A stretch of 57,448 nucleotides of DNA from a virus (lineage: Duplodnaviria; Caudoviricetes). The position numbers were made by a program, and so were the translations under genes. The notes beneath the pieces were generated by a model. It saw only the letters and a list, made by a program, of their open reading frames with translations, had not been told where the DNA came from and ran no database searches. The stretch covers positions 1 to 57,448 of IMG/VR virus record IMGVR_UViG_3300045440_000056, one strand, 5' to 3'. Positions 1 to 8,749 of the stretch are shown piece after piece. Each line of letters starts with the position of its first letter. Positions within the stretch are counted from its first letter, which is position 1.

Positions 1-489
1 ACTTTTGTATATGCTGGTCCAGCTACCACTGCTGACTTTATTGTTGCAGATTCTTGTAACATTGTTGCTGATGCTGTTATTACTCAACGTTCTTCTTATG
101 CTTCAGGACAAGCTGCAGAATTTATCCAATTGGAGAAAAACTTCTATAGCTACCAAGCTGGTTACTTGAAACACCTTTACAGAATGAACGGTTACAATGA
201 GAACTTTGAGTCTTATGTTTCTGCTGGTAAAACTTACAATAGCTACTATATCAAATTCAATGAATATGATAAGTCTGCTTACCAATGGGGTGATTATATC
301 ATGGAAGATTCTACAGTAATCATTGCTATCCCTCAAGGTGGTTCTGATCTTACTCAAGACTTTGAGGATATTTTAGTGGCTGCTTTAGGAGATGTTACAG
401 ATAATGATCCTAATTGTGTAATCACAACTACTACTACATCAACTGCTGCTCCTAGTACAACAACAACATCTTCTACTAACATTCCTTAA
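1..489 (+). CDS. 3' part of a capsid-associated structural protein (crAss auxiliary-capsid-like) with C-terminal Thr/Ser tail; 5'-truncated by the window edge
   Basis: Frame 1 is open from base 1 (TFVYAGPATTADF...), so the TTG at 130 is not the true start. SGQAAEFIQLEKNF, KTYNSYYIKF and VIIAIP resemble the conserved gene after the major capsid gene in crAss-like phages. It ends in CVITTTTTSTAAPSTTTTSST and is followed by a terminator. Confidence 0.55.
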   Translation, partial: TFVYAGPATTADFIVADSCNIVADAVITQRSSYASGQAAEFIQLEKNFYSYQAGYLKHLYRMNGYNENFESYVSAGKTYNSYYIKFNEYDKSAYQWGDYIMEDSTVIIAIPQGGSDLTQDFEDILVAALGDVTDNDPNCVITTTTTSTAAPSTTTTSSTNIP

Positions 490-521
490 GGATAAGTAGA
501 GAATAATAAATTCCTAGTATC

Positions 522-560
522 AAGGGGAGATGAGTTAAAAACGCTCTCTCCCCTTTTTAT
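522..560 (+). terminator. Rho-independent terminator
   Basis: Stem AAGGGGAGA(T)GAG / CTCTCTCCCCTT followed by TTTAT, just after the first gene. Confidence 0.85.
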
Positions 561-580
561 TAACATTCAAAAACAAACTC

Positions 581-1147
581 ATGGCAGATTTAAAATTAGA
601 TATAATTGTAGTACCTACATATAGTACATTAACACTTGGAGTGATGGATGGATCGGTCTATCCAACAAATCCACCAAATGTTAGTAGTGCCAGTATGAGA
701 ATAACTATTCCTGGATTTGGGGACGCTCCACTATTACCATTTGATGTAGGTTCATTTAATATATATAATTCGGGTAATCTAGGTATTACAGATCCATGCA
801 TTGATCAACCTCTACCTGATGGAATATATAGATTACGTTATTCTTTAGCACCTGCATATTTGAACTTTGTAGAAAGAACAATAATGCGTACAGAGAAAAT
901 ACAAGAGAAGTTTGACAGAGCTTTTCTTCAATTAGATTTAATGGAATGTGATAGAGCAATTAAAACACAATCTACTGTTACATTAAACACAATTAATTTC
1001 TTCATACAAGGAGCAATTGCTGCAGGTAATAACTGTGCAGAGTATGAAGCAAATAGATTATATGCTCAAGCAGACAATATGTTAAATAGTTTTTTAAAAT
1101 CAAACTGTGGTTGTTCAGGTAACAACTACCAAATTAATTTCAATTAA
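581..1147 (+). CDS. Putative virion structural protein, Cys-rich C-terminus
   Basis: 188-aa ORF with A-rich leader. Beta-rich N-terminal half (LPDGIYRLRYS) and helical C-terminal half ending NCGCSG. Lies in the head-gene cluster. Confidence 0.6.
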   Translation: MADLKLDIIVVPTYSTLTLGVMDGSVYPTNPPNVSSASMRITIPGFGDAPLLPFDVGSFNIYNSGNLGITDPCIDQPLPDGIYRLRYSLAPAYLNFVERTIMRTEKIQEKFDRAFLQLDLMECDRAIKTQSTVTLNTINFFIQGAIAAGNNCAEYEANRLYAQADNMLNSFLKSNCGCSGNNYQINFN

Positions 1148-1149
1148 TT

Positions 1150-1239
1150 ATGGCACAATGTAATTCATGTGGAGCAAAGGTAGGATGTGGATGTCAATTA
1201 ACAAATGGACAATGTGCTACATGCGCAGCTAAAAAATAA
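1150..1239 (+). CDS. 29-aa Cys-rich micropeptide (MAQCNSCGAKVGCGCQLTNGQCATCAAKK)
   Basis: Not in the ORF track. It fills the gap between its neighbours (2 nt and 5 nt spacing) and has a CxxC-CxC-CxxC pattern. Confidence 0.75.
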   Translation: MAQCNSCGAKVGCGCQLTNGQCATCAAKK

Positions 1240-1244
1240 TAAAT

Positions 1245-2366
1245 ATGTTAACACCTAGATTAACTAATTGTCCTGAATGTGCAAACATTCCTGATTTATT
1301 AAAAAAGATAGATTGTAAGTTAGCAGAATATGCTAATGGTCTATACAACAATGTTGTATTTATGTTGAATCAAGTTGTTCCTGCTGGAGCAATGATTCAA
1401 CTTTTGGCATATAAAAGAATCCTTACATACAAACAATGTAATCCTGATTACTTAGCTGATTTCTGTATGGATAAGATTGTAAGTAAGGTGATACGATTAA
1501 CATTAGGTTGTTATATTAAACCTACAGTTACAGAAACACTTATTCCAACAACAACCTCTACAACATCAACATCTACTACTTGTCCACCATTAATTTGTTC
1601 ATTTGATGGAACTGGTGTGTCAAGTTGTTCATTCACTGGAACTGTTCATAAAGTAACTATACCTCCAACAACAACATCTACAACATCAGCTACACCTACT
1701 ACATCAACAACAAGTTCTACTAGTACATCAACTAGTACTACATCAACTAGTTCAACAACAACATCAAGTAGTACAACAACTAGTACAACAACTATGTCAC
1801 CTACAATTACCATATGTAATCAAACTTGGACCACTAAAAATCTCGATGTATCTACTTACAGAAATGGAGTAGCTATACCTCAAATAACAGACCCAACACT
1901 TTGGGCAAATGCTACAAGTGGAGCTTGGTGTTATTTTGACAATGATCCCGCAAATAATGCAACTTATGGAAAACTTTATAATTGGTTTGCGGCACATGAT
2001 ACTGTTAATGGAGGAATTGCACCTGTAGGTTATCATGTCCCTTCTGATGCTGAATGGACAATATTAACTGATTGTTTATTAGGAGAACCAGTAGCAGGGA
2101 CAAAAATGAAATCAGCAACTGGTTGGACTAGTGGTAATGGCAATAACTCCAGTGGATTTACAGGTCTTCCTGCAGGACATCGTCAAGGAAGTGGTCAATT
2201 TCCAACTACCACTCTTGGCACCACAGGATTCTTTTGGAGCACTACAGAAGCAGCAGCCAATACTACAGCTGGTTGGGGTCGCGAGTTAAGTTACCAAAAC
2301 AATTATTGTTGGAGAAGTTATGATGACAAGAATTTTGGTTTTTCAATAAGATTAATAAAAGATTAA
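1245..2366 (+). CDS. Structural protein: Cys/helical N-domain, Thr/Ser mucin-like linker, C-terminal FISUMP (Fib_succ_major) domain
   Basis: FISUMP motifs QTWTTKNLDV, YGKLYNW, PVGYHVPSDAEW, GFTGLPAG, FWS and GFSIRLIKD, preceded by a run of about 45 residues that are nearly all Thr/Ser. Confidence 0.8.
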   Translation: MLTPRLTNCPECANIPDLLKKIDCKLAEYANGLYNNVVFMLNQVVPAGAMIQLLAYKRILTYKQCNPDYLADFCMDKIVSKVIRLTLGCYIKPTVTETLIPTTTSTTSTSTTCPPLICSFDGTGVSSCSFTGTVHKVTIPPTTTSTTSATPTTSTTSSTSTSTSTTSTSSTTTSSSTTTSTTTMSPTITICNQTWTTKNLDVSTYRNGVAIPQITDPTLWANATSGAWCYFDNDPANNATYGKLYNWFAAHDTVNGGIAPVGYHVPSDAEWTILTDCLLGEPVAGTKMKSATGWTSGNGNNSSGFTGLPAGHRQGSGQFPTTTLGTTGFFWSTTEAAANTTAGWGRELSYQNNYCWRSYDDKNFGFSIRLIKD

Positions 2367-2387
2367 TAAAATAAAAAATATATAATA

Positions 2388-2681
2388 ATGACAACATTAA
2401 TAACATTAACAAATGTAGGAAGTGACGCAGGTCCTTTTAATCTTTATTCAAATGCAGATGGATATGATCAACCATTTGATACAGACATAAGTGCTGATGA
2501 GCTAATAGCTGGATATACAACACCATTTGTTCCTAATGATGCAACTATAATAAGAGTGGTATCTATGGGAGTATGTGCTAATCGTATTGATATAGTAATT
2601 AATGATGATCCTTGTTTAATAGTAGGTACAGCTGCATTTGCTATTCCACCTACTACCACCACTACCACTACAACATTATAA
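2388..2681 (+). CDS. Small decoration protein: MTxLI anchor domain plus poly-Thr tail
   Basis: N-terminal ~70 aa are paralogous to the ORFs at 2695, 3726, 4458 and 22202. Ends PPTTTTTTTTL. Confidence 0.75.
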   Translation: MTTLITLTNVGSDAGPFNLYSNADGYDQPFDTDISADELIAGYTTPFVPNDATIIRVVSMGVCANRIDIVINDDPCLIVGTAAFAIPPTTTTTTTTL

Positions 2682-2694
2682 AATAAAAATAATT

Positions 2695-3693
2695 ATGACA
2701 GTACTAGTCCAACTATCAGTAGCAGGTACAAATACTACACTTTTTAACATCTATTCTAATTTTGATAATGTTACCCCTATTGCAACAGGAGTAACAAAAT
2801 TAGAATTGTTAGAAGGATATTATGTATCCCCTGTTCCAAATGGTGCAACTACATTAAGAGTGATGGCTACAGGAACTTGTACCAGTTATACAGATATGCC
2901 TATAAGTGGTTTAATTACAACTACAACAACTAGTACTGCTGCTCCAGTTTCTACTACTAGTACTACATCTAGTACATCTACTAGCACTAGTACATCAACT
3001 AGTTCAACATCTAGTTCAACATCTAGTTCAACATCTACATCAACAAGTAGCACATCAACTAGTTCAACAACCACTACTACCACTACTAATCCTTGTCCTA
3101 ATTGTATTTCAGGAACAGAAATCCCAATAGGAACTCAAACATGGACTAAATGTAATTTAGATGTAACCACTTATAGAGATTTAACACCAATTCCACAAGC
3201 AACTAGTGATGCAGATTGGGCAAACAAAGGATCAAGTGGAATAGGAGCTTGGTGTTATTATGGAGAGAACACTGCAAATGGTCCTATTTATGGCAAGTTA
3301 TACAATTGGTATGCAGTTAATAATACTGTTAATGGAGGTTTAGCTCCTTTGGGTTATCGCATACCCACAGACTCCGAATGGACTGTTCTGACAGACTATT
3401 TAGGCGGAGAAAGTTTAGCTGGAGGAAAAATGAAAGAAGCAGGTTTTTGTCATTGGTTGAGCCCTAATACAGGTGCTACTAACTTAAGTGGCTTTACAGG
3501 TCTTCCTGGAGGAGATCGTGATACTGGTGGTACATTCTTTGGCATTGGATGCCATGGTTTCTGGTGGAGTAGGTCAGAGGATGAGGAAACAGGAGAAGTT
3601 TGGTATCGTTATCTAAGATGTGATCAGAGCATTGCTATCAGAGCTGCCCAAAATAAGGCAGTAGGTTACTCAGTTAGACTAATAAAAGATTAA
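2695..3693 (+). CDS. Decoration protein: MTxLI anchor domain, Thr/Ser linker, FISUMP domain
   Basis: Start moved to the ATG at 2695 (MTVLVQLS) to match its paralogues and the A-rich leader. FISUMP motifs QTWTKCNLDV, YGKLYNW, GFTGLPGG, WWS and GYSVRLIKD. Confidence 0.8.
   Translation: MTVLVQLSVAGTNTTLFNIYSNFDNVTPIATGVTKLELLEGYYVSPVPNGATTLRVMATGTCTSYTDMPISGLITTTTTSTAAPVSTTSTTSSTSTSTSTSTSSTSSSTSSSTSTSTSSTSTSSTTTTTTTNPCPNCISGTEIPIGTQTWTKCNLDVTTYRDLTPIPQATSDADWANKGSSGIGAWCYYGENTANGPIYGKLYNWYAVNNTVNGGLAPLGYRIPTDSEWTVLTDYLGGESLAGGKMKEAGFCHWLSPNTGATNLSGFTGLPGGDRDTGGTFFGIGCHGFWWSRSEDEETGEVWYRYLRCDQSIAIRAAQNKAVGYSVRLIKD
2999..3037 (+). repeat. 12-bp tandem repeat (CTAGTTCAACAT x3) in the Ser/Thr linker
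   Basis: Three perfect in-frame copies encoding SST(S) units. Confidence 0.85.
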
Positions 3694-3722
3694 TAAAATA
3701 AAATAAAATAAAATAAAATAAA
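3692..3722 (+). repeat. (TAAAA)n pentamer microsatellite filling the intergenic leader
   Basis: About six tandem units between the stop at 3693 and the ATG at 3726. Confidence 0.8.
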
Positions 3723-3725
3723 CTA

Positions 3726-4433
3726 ATGACAGTACTAATCCAATTATCAGCAGTAGGAATAAACATAACACTTTTTGATATATATTCTAATATAGATTAT
3801 GGTACTCCTATTGTAACAGGGATATCAAAAATGCAATTATTAGAAGGATATTCTTTATTGAATGTTCCAGATAATGCAACTACAATAAGATTATCATCTA
3901 CAGGAACTTGTAGTAATTATACAGATATAGCTATAGGTGGTTTAATTACAACTACTACTACTACTAGTACTACATTGAATTGTTCATTTATTGTAAATGC
4001 TCAAGAAATAACTACAACAAGTACATCTACTAGTTCAACAAGTACATCTACTAGTTCAACAAGTACAACAACTACTACCACTACATCAGCACCACTTCCT
4101 GAAGGAACTATTGTTCTAAGAAATGATATTAATATAGGATCTGGACAAACATTAAATTCTTTGTCTAATTTTTCTTGGACAACTCTTGCACCATCTGCTT
4201 TCCCTATACCACAAAATACTAATAGATTTGGAGGTCATTTTGGGTATTCAGGTAATCTTACTATAAATGCAACAGTAAATTCAAGTTGTCGTGTTGAAAT
4301 TACTGTAGGTGGTAATACTTTTTGTCAAGGGGTGCAAGGAACAGGATCGATAAATTATGTATTTACTGGAATTACAATCTTACCAACAGATGATGTTACT
4401 ATTGAATTAACTACAGGTGATGTTTGTCCATAA
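3726..4433 (+). CDS. Decoration protein: MTxLI anchor domain, Thr/Ser linker, unknown beta-rich head
   Basis: N-terminus closely similar to the 2695 ORF. Two Thr/Ser tracts, then a ~110-aa beta-rich C-domain with Cys residues. Confidence 0.75.
   Translation: MTVLIQLSAVGINITLFDIYSNIDYGTPIVTGISKMQLLEGYSLLNVPDNATTIRLSSTGTCSNYTDIAIGGLITTTTTTSTTLNCSFIVNAQEITTTSTSTSSTSTSTSSTSTTTTTTTSAPLPEGTIVLRNDINIGSGQTLNSLSNFSWTTLAPSAFPIPQNTNRFGGHFGYSGNLTINATVNSSCRVEITVGGNTFCQGVQGTGSINYVFTGITILPTDDVTIELTTGDVCP
4015..4067 (+). repeat. 21-bp tandem repeat (CAACAAGTACATCTACTAGTT x2.5)
   Basis: Perfect in-frame copies encoding TSTSTSS. Confidence 0.8.
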
Positions 4434-4457
4434 ATAATAAACTAAAAATAAATAATA

Positions 4458-5063
4458 ATGACAGTATTAATAACATTATCAGGAGTAGGCAGTAGCGCAG
4501 GACCAACATTTAATTTATATGCAAGTCCTGATGGAATAACTTTTACAACAATTGTATTAGGTGTAAATAAAACTGCACTAGAAGCAGGATATACAGCAAC
4601 TGTTCCAAATGGTACAACAGATATTAAAGTAACTTCTGTAGGTGCATGTACTAACTCCTATATTGCAACAATTGGTGTAATACCAACTACCACTACTACT
4701 ACCACAATTGGTGTAATACCAACTACCACTACTACTACCACAATTGGTGTAATACCAACTACCACTACTACTACCACAGCAACACCAACTACTACCAGCA
4801 CAACTACTTTACAAGTATTTACTCAGGGATTAGATCAAAGTAGTGCATATTGTGTTGGTGGTTTTTGCGAACTTGATGGAACTATAACTGGCATCACTGT
4901 CTATAGTCTAGATGAGACATTAGTTACAGGAAGTTTTATATATACAGATCCAGCATTAACTATTCCATATACAACAACCCTTGTAAGTGATGGTCAATAT
5001 ATATTTAATGTTAGTGGTTTTGGTGAATTAACTATAACTTGTACTGTAGGTATTGAATGTTAA
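4458..5063 (+). CDS. Decoration protein: MTxLI anchor domain, repeated Thr linker, small beta head
   Basis: Paralogous N-terminus, three TIGVIPTTTTTT repeats, and a C-domain containing VYS...LVTGSFIYTDPALT. Confidence 0.75.
   Translation: MTVLITLSGVGSSAGPTFNLYASPDGITFTTIVLGVNKTALEAGYTATVPNGTTDIKVTSVGACTNSYIATIGVIPTTTTTTTIGVIPTTTTTTTIGVIPTTTTTTTATPTTTSTTTLQVFTQGLDQSSAYCVGGFCELDGTITGITVYSLDETLVTGSFIYTDPALTIPYTTTLVSDGQYIFNVSGFGELTITCTVGIEC
4668..4778 (+). repeat. 36-bp perfect tandem repeat x3
   Basis: ACAATTGGTGTAATACCAACTACCACTACTACTACC at 4668, 4704 and 4740. Confidence 0.92.
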
Positions 5064-5108
5064 CATTAAAAAATAAAATAAATATAAAATTAATAAAATA
5101 AATATAAT

Positions 5109-5852
5109 ATGTCTAATTGTAATAATTGTTTTAACGGATGCACAGAAACTATTTCAGATCAGTGTATCAGGTATACAGGAATAGATGTTCCTACATTAGG
5201 TATTCACACAGGTGACCCTTTATCAGTAATTGAGCAATCTCTAATTACATTTCTTCTTTCTGCATTAGATGGATCTGGAATAGAAATAGATCTTAATGGT
5301 ATAGATGTATCTGCAGTGGTACAAAAGTATCTTCCTACGTGTGGAGAAATATCAATGGAAGATATATCAATAGCTCTTATAGAATCTATGGGTGATGTAC
5401 AAGATCAAGTGAATTCTATTTTTGGTACACTCGCTGTATTAAATTCTGATTATGTTATTGGATGTTTAACAGGAGTTACAGTGTCCTCTGATACACATGC
5501 TATTGTACAGGCTACAATAACAAAACTTTGTAGTGTTAGTGCTAGTGTAACATCAATACTTGCCCAATTACCATTGTTTGCAAAAAAATCAGAAATATGT
5601 TCATTAATGACACAATGTACAATTAGTGGGGGTGGATCAACATTATTAGCTAGTTATAGAATGGTTCCTTTTACTGCAATTCCTTATTATGGTTCTATTT
5701 CTAATTACCCAACTCCATCAGATGGATTTAGTGGTGCAGGTGTAGGAAGTGGATATTGGATTGATGTATATATATGCAATGGAGATAATGGCACACCAGA
5801 TTTAACAGGAGAACCTGGAGTTAATTATATAATGTATATTCCAGCCTACTAA
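5109..5852 (+). CDS. Tail-fibre-like protein with Cys-rich N-terminal module, coiled coil and short tail-collar-like domain
   Basis: N-terminal CIRYTG.DVPTLGIHTGDPL module. C-terminal MVPFTAIPYYG...W..VYICNGDNGTPDL...YIMYIP resembles the phage tail collar domain. Confidence 0.6.
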   Translation: MSNCNNCFNGCTETISDQCIRYTGIDVPTLGIHTGDPLSVIEQSLITFLLSALDGSGIEIDLNGIDVSAVVQKYLPTCGEISMEDISIALIESMGDVQDQVNSIFGTLAVLNSDYVIGCLTGVTVSSDTHAIVQATITKLCSVSASVTSILAQLPLFAKKSEICSLMTQCTISGGGSTLLASYRMVPFTAIPYYGSISNYPTPSDGFSGAGVGSGYWIDVYICNGDNGTPDLTGEPGVNYIMYIPAY

Positions 5853-5857
5853 CCAAT

Positions 5858-8641
5858 ATGAACTACCCACCTACTCCACAAAGAAAAACTTGCGACTGTA
5901 GTGATCCTTGTATCTCTACAGATGATGTTTACTATGCTGGTCCCAATCTTCCAAACTCAGGAATCAATACTTATAATGTATTAACATCAGTTATAGAAAA
6001 GCTAGATGCTATCTATGCTGTTCCTACGTTACAGAGAGTAACGGAAATGGGTAATTACACCACTCTACCAATAATTGCAGATTCATTTGTAAAAATTGGT
6101 GGTACTTCATCTGAAATATTAGCAGCTAATGGTGATTTAATAACTGCTGGAACAAACATAACAATATCAGGAGGAATAATATCTTCAACAGGTGGAGGTG
6201 GAGATTCACCTATAACTATTGTAAATACTAACAGTCTTTTTTCAACAGGATTAACTGGTACTGGAACTGGAGCAACAGGCGCTTACGATTCTATTTTCTT
6301 TGGTACGGACGCTGGTGAAAATGCAACAGAAGCTTTTGAATCAAATTTCTTAGGTCCATTTGCTGGTAGTTTAGCAACAAATGCTTATAATTCAAATTTC
6401 TTTGGTTATTCTGCTGGCGAAGGCGCAGCAAACGCTTATCGTTCAAACTTCTTTGGTAGTGGCGCTGGTTTACTTGCAGTCAATGCTAGTTATTCAAATT
6501 TCTTTGGTACTAATGCTGGTTATCAAGTAACAGGAACAGAGGGCGAAGAATTTAGGTCAAATTTCTTTGGTTTTGATGCTGGTAATGGCGCAACCAATGC
6601 TAATGATTCAAACTTCTTTGGTAATAGTGCTGGTTATCTAGCAACTTATGCAAATACTTCAAACTTTTTTGGTAATCAAGCTGGTAGAGAAGCAACTAAT
6701 GCTGAAAACTCTAATTTTTTCGGGTATAAAACTGGCTCTTCTTTTACTGATAATAATATAGGTTCAAATAATATTATTATAGGTACAAATATTTCATTAC
6801 CAGATGCAACAGCAAATGCTATTAATTTAGGTGGTGTATTATTTAGCACAGGCACTCATTCAGATACAACAGGAGACCCATCAATTACCCCTATATCAGG
6901 AGGTAAAATAGGTATAGGAATAGTAAATCCAACAAATACATTACACATATATTCTGAAGCAGCGAATACTTCAGGTTTAAGACTTGAAAGGTTAACAAGT
7001 ACATCACCTACAAGTACTGGACAAGCGATTGGCGTTGATGCAAGTGGTAATGTTGTTACAGTTACTGGCAGTGGTGGTACACAAACATTAGCAGAAACTC
7101 TTGTATTAGGTAATAATACAGGAGGTACAGATATATTATTAAATAATGAAGACAGACTACTATTAGAAAATAATTCTTATTTAACAAAGGGGACTTATGA
7201 TTTTGGAGCTAATGGTGGTATTTCAAAAGTGTGTGGAGCGGGTTATGAAGATATGTGGCAAGCTGGTTTTAGACACGTTTTCGATGCTAACGGATTTATA
7301 AGAAATTCAACTAATTGTTTTAATCTTGTACCTGATATTGGTGCTGATGTTACACGAAGATATAAGATAGGTAGTATTTGGACTTTAGATGATTTAACTA
7401 ATTATATTTGCACAGATGCGACAGAGGGTGCTGCTGTATGGGAATTATACAAAGAGATACCTACAATACAACCTGTATCTGCAACAGAAACTGGTGTAGT
7501 AAATAATACTTCCTTACAAGAACTTGGAGGAGTTGATAAAACAATTAATGGTGTAAGAGTTGGTAGAGGGAATATTTCTGACCCTGCTTCTGAAAATACC
7601 GCAGTAGGTTATCAGGCTTTACAATCAGTTATTCATACTACAGGAGATGAAGGATATTATAACACTGCATTTGGTGATGAAGCATTAAAATCATTAACTA
7701 CTGGTAATTCAAGTAGTGCATTTGGAGATTGGGCATTAAGACTTTGTACAACAGGAACTTATAACTCAGCAATTGGAGGTGGAACATTAATGAATCTAAC
7801 TACTGGCTCATACAATCTAGCAGTAGGTGAGAATAGCCTTCTTTCTAATGTATCTGGACAAAGGAATACTGCAGTGGGTTCTTTTGCATTAAATTTAAAT
7901 ACAGGTTCTTATAATACTGCAATTGGTATGTTAGCAGGAGGATTATCAACTTCTTCAGGTAATTGGAATATACTTGTAGGAATGCAAGCTGGTAGAGATA
8001 TAAGCACAGGGAGCAACAATTTATTAATTGAAAACATAACTAATGCATCTATAACTTCAGGTAGTTTTAATATTGTATTAAATCCTAAACAAAAATCTGG
8101 TGTAACTACAGGATCTTTTAATACTATTATAGGATGCTGGGATGGGGCATTTCCAAATGCAATGGTAAATAATGTTATAATAGGAGATGGCCAAGGTAAC
8201 ATTAGATTTCGAACAACAGAGACAGGACTTACAACAGTTCCTGGTCAAACAAATGCATTGATTGAAGCAGACACCACTGGTAAGGCTGTAGTCACTAAGG
8301 AATATATTTCAGGAGTTGTAAAACCATACAAAGTGTATACAGCTTTATTAACAAGATCTGGAGCTACCGCACCAAGTCCAACTGTTTTAGAAAATACAAT
8401 AGGTACAATTACTTGTAGTTATGATCAGCTTGGTATATATCATATAAACTCATCAGGGTTATTTACCTTAAATAAGACAATGGTTTTTGTTGGAAACAAT
8501 TCTTTTGGACTTTTTGGTAATACTTTAGGTGCATCAAGAATGGATAATAATAGAGTAGTTATTGTTCAAACTACAACTTCAGGTACAAATGACGAAGATT
8601 GGATCGAACCAGTTTCTATAGAAATAAGAGTATATAATTAA
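5858..8641 (+). CDS. Tail fibre/spike with two blocks of ~17-aa beta-solenoid repeats
   Basis: Nine SNFFGxxAG-type repeats (~6281-6740) and about ten NTAxGxxAL...TG repeats (~7590-8135). Also a KIGIGIVNP motif and a C-terminal YKVYTALL...IEIRVYN domain. Confidence 0.75.
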   Translation: MNYPPTPQRKTCDCSDPCISTDDVYYAGPNLPNSGINTYNVLTSVIEKLDAIYAVPTLQRVTEMGNYTTLPIIADSFVKIGGTSSEILAANGDLITAGTNITISGGIISSTGGGGDSPITIVNTNSLFSTGLTGTGTGATGAYDSIFFGTDAGENATEAFESNFLGPFAGSLATNAYNSNFFGYSAGEGAANAYRSNFFGSGAGLLAVNASYSNFFGTNAGYQVTGTEGEEFRSNFFGFDAGNGATNANDSNFFGNSAGYLATYANTSNFFGNQAGREATNAENSNFFGYKTGSSFTDNNIGSNNIIIGTNISLPDATANAINLGGVLFSTGTHSDTTGDPSITPISGGKIGIGIVNPTNTLHIYSEAANTSGLRLERLTSTSPTSTGQAIGVDASGNVVTVTGSGGTQTLAETLVLGNNTGGTDILLNNEDRLLLENNSYLTKGTYDFGANGGISKVCGAGYEDMWQAGFRHVFDANGFIRNSTNCFNLVPDIGADVTRRYKIGSIWTLDDLTNYICTDATEGAAVWELYKEIPTIQPVSATETGVVNNTSLQELGGVDKTINGVRVGRGNISDPASENTAVGYQALQSVIHTTGDEGYYNTAFGDEALKSLTTGNSSSAFGDWALRLCTTGTYNSAIGGGTLMNLTTGSYNLAVGENSLLSNVSGQRNTAVGSFALNLNTGSYNTAIGMLAGGLSTSSGNWNILVGMQAGRDISTGSNNLLIENITNASITSGSFNIVLNPKQKSGVTTGSFNTIIGCWDGAFPNAMVNNVIIGDGQGNIRFRTTETGLTTVPGQTNALIEADTTGKAVVTKEYISGVVKPYKVYTALLTRSGATAPSPTVLENTIGTITCSYDQLGIYHINSSGLFTLNKTMVFVGNNSFGLFGNTLGASRMDNNRVVIVQTTTSGTNDEDWIEPVSIEIRVYN

Positions 8642-8644
8642 ATA

Positions 8645-8707
8645 GCTATATTATAAACTTTAATTAATTGCAACACACTGTAAACTAATTTATAATAGTT
8701 AACTTTG
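8645..8707 (+). promoter_or_regulatory. Class A promoter: GCTATATTAT box plus Bacteroidota -7 element TAACTTTG
   Basis: GCTATATTAT at 8645-8654 and TAACTTTG at 8700-8707, a 45-nt gap. The same layout occurs at 51647 and 56721. Confidence 0.65.
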
Positions 8708-8749
8708 TATACAATAAGAATATATATTTTATTACTTAAAATTTAAAAA

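Noticed and set aside
2638-2694. Upstream extension or frameshift fusion of the 2388 and 2695 ORFs
   Set aside because: The extension is the out-of-frame reading of poly-Thr codons. The ATG at 2695 matches the paralogue starts, and no slippery site with downstream structure is evident.
1245-3693. Complete diversity-generating retroelement
   Set aside because: No reverse transcriptase or adenine-variant template repeat is visible here, so only the target-like character is reported.
4668-4778. 36-bp repeats as a CRISPR array
   Set aside because: The copies abut with no spacers, are in frame within a CDS, and no cas genes are present.
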